Shown here: positions 60,537 to 64,000 of the stretch, in pieces | Layout: each line of letters opens with the position of its first letter | How positions within the stretch are numbered: the first letter of the stretch is position 1 | Source of the DNA: Schizochytrium sp. TIO01 | Taxonomy: Eukaryota > Protista > Bigyra: Labyrinthulomycetes | Assembly (NCBI GenBank): GCA_004764695.1 | Contig: SMSO01000005.1 | Location: 682,001-746,000 of the forward strand | DNA length: 64,000 nucleotides | Direction of reading: 5' to 3' | Notes under the pieces: generated by a model | Databases searched by the model: none | Seen by the model: only the letters and a program-made list of their open reading frames with translations | What the model was told of the DNA's origin: nothing | Translations under genes and position numbers: made by a program

Positions 60537-62538
60537 ACACTTCATTTTTAACATTAAATCATTGCTTTCATTTTGTCCACGATGCCTCAAACCTCTACCA
60601 TAGTACTTTTGGAGGAATTTCTCTAATGTGTATTTTCTGAATTTAATTCAATGCAAGACTAGGCTGGTGTAGAAATATCATATTTTACTAAGTCTTGCTG
60701 GATAATTTACTGCATTTGACTACGATGCGCGATATTCTCCAAAACCTACCTTTGATGTTGTTACTCATGACAATATTTGTCTTGAAATTAAACACCATGA
60801 ACTCGCTATGTGGACTCAGCATACAGCTTACAACTTGACGAAAACATGGTATAACATCAAAGCTGAATTTTTAATACATAAAAAAAAGAAGATACGTTCA
60901 GGTTTCCCTGCAGGCACTTGAGTCAAGGTGTGAGGCTAGGTTCAAGATAAGTTTTTTTTACGCATGCAACGTCTACAGTAGCTGAAATGCTTTCAAGAAA
61001 TGATGTCTGTTTGTAAGAATCGTTCTATATATCAAGTAGGATAGAATAGTTTCACTTTCTCAGGTATGGCGAAGAGGCCTGAGACCATCAGGCTCAAAGG
61101 TCTTGGGGATTTGGGCTTCTTCTTAACTGAAAAGGAATCAAAGCCTGGCATATTTACGCGCACTTGGTATCATGGACGAGATTTTAGAGGAATGATGAAG
61201 AGACCAAATAATACTGGATGAAATATCTTTAGAACCATGTATCTAGATGCAAGACATAGTAAGCTTGGCTCGTTTCGTGCAATATCTCTTAAATTCATGT
61301 AGATACGATTGTCATTCTTGCTTATAAATAACACATTGTCTATACAGTACTCGACAGCGTTTTGAAGAAACTACTAGTTATGGTCCTGGTACGCTCATCA
61401 ATTAAGGAATAGATATTTAAAGAATATGTAGGGAGCGCAGCGTTACTCATGTTGCATGCGCTATTGGGGAAGAACTACGTACCAAATACAAATTACACAA
61501 AGTATATATACAAAAATCTCAACTAGCACTTCAAGGTCTCATATTGCAATCTGGAGAGCTTGAATTAAAGAATACGAATGAGATTCTGTTTTTTTCCAGC
61601 TCTTTTTTCTGTTTCCAAAAATAAATAAACGAAATGAAAATCAGACTTTGAAAGCTTACCATTGTGACACTCTCCCGGAGCTAGCAACTCTGTACTGTAT
61701 ATGTATTGAATGATCTCCCTGCTGCACTATTAGGTTTACTCTCAATATACCACGTAGGTAAGTTCTCCATATTAGAAGTTAACTACTGCTAAATGTATCA
61801 ATACTACTATTACTATGACTAAAATTACTAAACTTTGCAAATAGAGTTAGGATAATTTGTCCGGTGCGCCGGTCATGGCAAAGGGGGTATATAAGAAGTC
61901 TCGGTGTACAACTATTGTGAACTTCTTTTTCGAAACGTTATTTATCATACAATCTCGATTTGCTTTTTTGTGTATATTATTACATAATACCCCTCCAACT
62001 TACATTTTGGGGTCTCCTGAGAATGTTATTGTTAAGCACACCCTGGACTTATCGTTCCTTTTTAAGTCGATAATTACTCTTGGCGTTGTTTAGCTATTCA
62101 TGAGCATCTCTCAAGGCACTCTTACCCAAACCCCATCTCCCTTCAACTCTTCGCGTAGTGCTTCGCACTGAGGCAAGGCAGAGCGAGAGAGTCTAGCAAG
62201 AGGCTGGCAGGCTGACTGCTGATCACTGCGTGAAAGCTGAGCAGCACTCGTCAGACAAAGACTCGTATTTTCTCCACACAACGGCAACAATAAGCATAAG
62301 TTGCAGCTTGTCTTGGCCCCTTTCGAAATCAGTTTTGTTTAGTTTGCACATCCATTGCAGGTTGTGTAAACTATTTCGTGACTCATTTGTACCGACGGAT
62401 CACAGCAGTCTAGCCGCAATAATTTATAAATTAACAGGCTTCCTCCTCAAACTGAGTGCTAAAAACAAAGCAAAGTCTGCATATTTCTAGCATTGAAAGA
62501 AGCTAAGCTAATCAATTCCTTAGAAACACCAAGAGAAA

Positions 62539-64000
62539 ATGGCATCCAGTCATGGCGTAGCAGCCCCGTTGCGTGCTCGTCCTGTAGTTGGACTTGAGGA
62601 GGCAGATCCTATCGAGCAGTTCTGTGAGGAACTGGCGGTGCTAGAGCTCGCGAAAAGATTACGCAGTCGTGATGATGTAGAACAGTTTCTCCACGCAACC
62701 CGTAGCGCGTTGTTTAAGGCCCCTACAGTGGAATTTGATCCATTTACTTTACCTGACATCCTAGAGATTGGGTCGCCAAAGTCGATACTAGGACCTGATA
62801 TCGACGAACCATTGCTATCGACCTGTCCAGAAGATACAAATCTGCCCATGAACGTGCGACTTGGTGTCGAGGTATTTTTGCAAATGATTTCTGCGCTGGA
62901 TCTTGCGAACAATCCTCATGCCCTGTCTGCTCTTCTTCGCAGGCTGCCTAATATGCTTCAGGAGTTACCGCCATTATCCCTTACAGATAGCTGTATGGTA
63001 GCGCGAGAGGTTTATATTGATACACAAATGCGCTTGGCAAATCTCTCTGGGAATGATGGCCATGAGCTTGATAACTTTCAGAAGCGCAAAGCAAAAATCG
63101 CTCGCGAGCTAGAGCGTCGCAAGCGCATGTCAGCAGCTATGACAGCCAATGCTGGGATTCCTTCTGCAGTCTCCCGAGTATTAGAAGATGCATACTATGG
63201 TACAGTCTCAAGTGTGCGCCATCGTAAACACCAGAAACAGGCCGCTGGGACTTCCAGAAAAGTTTATACTGGACCTGCATTTCTTGAAAATGACAGCCAC
63301 TCTCATCAAACAGACCTTACTCATGGAAACCTTTTATCAACTTGGCTCGGGCTCAGTATTAAACGTGGAGCACTTTCTGGCCTAGCCAAAGTCATTCGTG
63401 TTCTTCTTCATCATGGATCTACCGTGAACGCGACAACATTCTTAAGTAATACCAGACCTACTGAGCGTGCAGAGTCGGAGGAGGAAACTAAGTCTCCTGA
63501 GGCATATGATCGTTCTTCAATGTCTGTACGTTGTGAGCAGGAAAGTCTAATCACGGATTTCAAAGGCCCTTCTTTATTACAGCAAGAGGCTAGTGAAGAT
63601 CTTGATGTCGAAACTTTTCTCCGAGAAATTGCGGTGGTTCAAACCAATACTGTATTGCAAGCATTCCAACCTCCTGAACAAGGAGATATTGGAGGCACCC
63701 TTTTCACCTTTGGTAAAGGTGATCATGGAAAGCTTGGCCATGGCAAATGCACAGAAGTTGATCCTAACCCACAACCACACCTTCATGAGCACTGTCCAGA
63801 TGGTTACTGCACAGAAAACATCAAGTCTCCTCGAATGGTTCTTGATCTTGAAAGCGTATCAGTATGCAAAGTTGCTTCGTTATCAACTCACTCCGTTGCA
63901 CTTTCAAGCGAAGGCGTGCTTTATACCTGGGGTAATGGTGACAAAAACAGACTTGGACATGGAACTACAGCTAAAGAGTACTATCCTCGGATAGTGAACT
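62539..64000 (+). CDS. RCC1-repeat protein (HERC-like), 5' part; runs off the window edge
   Basis: ATG 62539 (MASSHGVAAPLRARP). The same frame at the window end reads GTLFTFGKGDHGKLGHG and HSVALSSEGVLYTWGNGDKNRLGHG. Probably absent from the ORF track because no stop is reached. Confidence 0.88.
   Translation, partial: MASSHGVAAPLRARPVVGLEEADPIEQFCEELAVLELAKRLRSRDDVEQFLHATRSALFKAPTVEFDPFTLPDILEIGSPKSILGPDIDEPLLSTCPEDTNLPMNVRLGVEVFLQMISALDLANNPHALSALLRRLPNMLQELPPLSLTDSCMVAREVYIDTQMRLANLSGNDGHELDNFQKRKAKIARELERRKRMSAAMTANAGIPSAVSRVLEDAYYGTVSSVRHRKHQKQAAGTSRKVYTGPAFLENDSHSHQTDLTHGNLLSTWLGLSIKRGALSGLAKVIRVLLHHGSTVNATTFLSNTRPTERAESEEETKSPEAYDRSSMSVRCEQESLITDFKGPSLLQQEASEDLDVETFLREIAVVQTNTVLQAFQPPEQGDIGGTLFTFGKGDHGKLGHGKCTEVDPNPQPHLHEHCPDGYCTENIKSPRMVLDLESVSVCKVASLSTHSVALSSEGVLYTWGNGDKNRLGHGTTAKEYYPRIVN

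Noticed and set aside
1-64000. CRISPR array, tRNA or rRNA genes, and the many short antisense/overlapping ORFs
   Set aside because: No repeat-spacer array or recognisable RNA gene was seen by eye. The short ORFs are shadows of real genes or random, except the TnpA and Fanzor C-terminal frames and the possible NCAPG2 tail.

Overview
Eukaryotic nuclear DNA. Genes are apparently intronless and separated by AT-rich, microsatellite-bearing spacers. The gene set (PACRG, condensin II G2, RCC1-repeat protein) and style suggest a flagellated protist, possibly a thraustochytrid-like stramenopile; this is inference only. Host genes: 2OG-Fe(II) oxygenase, NCAPG2, PACRG, a Q-rich orphan, a small membrane protein, a KH-Smr protein, a Faf1/DUF4602-like protein, guanylate kinase, a ~2,590-aa coiled-coil protein split by a 1-nt frame break, a RibD/RIB7 reductase, an orphan, and a partial RCC1-repeat protein. 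The main feature is at ~43.95-47.11 kb on the minus strand: an IS607-type element carrying a serine-recombinase TnpA nested in a second frame inside a Fanzor2/TnpB-type RNA-guided nuclease ORF. Next to it is a diverged, internally deleted non-autonomous relative. Comparing the two copies defines a structured right-end (omegaRNA-like) scaffold with two different flanking guides. Both copies also keep a spliceosomal donor-like site near the left end and an acceptor-like site near the right end, so the element might splice out like an intron (hypothesis). Several small frame breaks in short homopolymers (Fanzor, TnpA start, two host genes) may be assembly indel errors.
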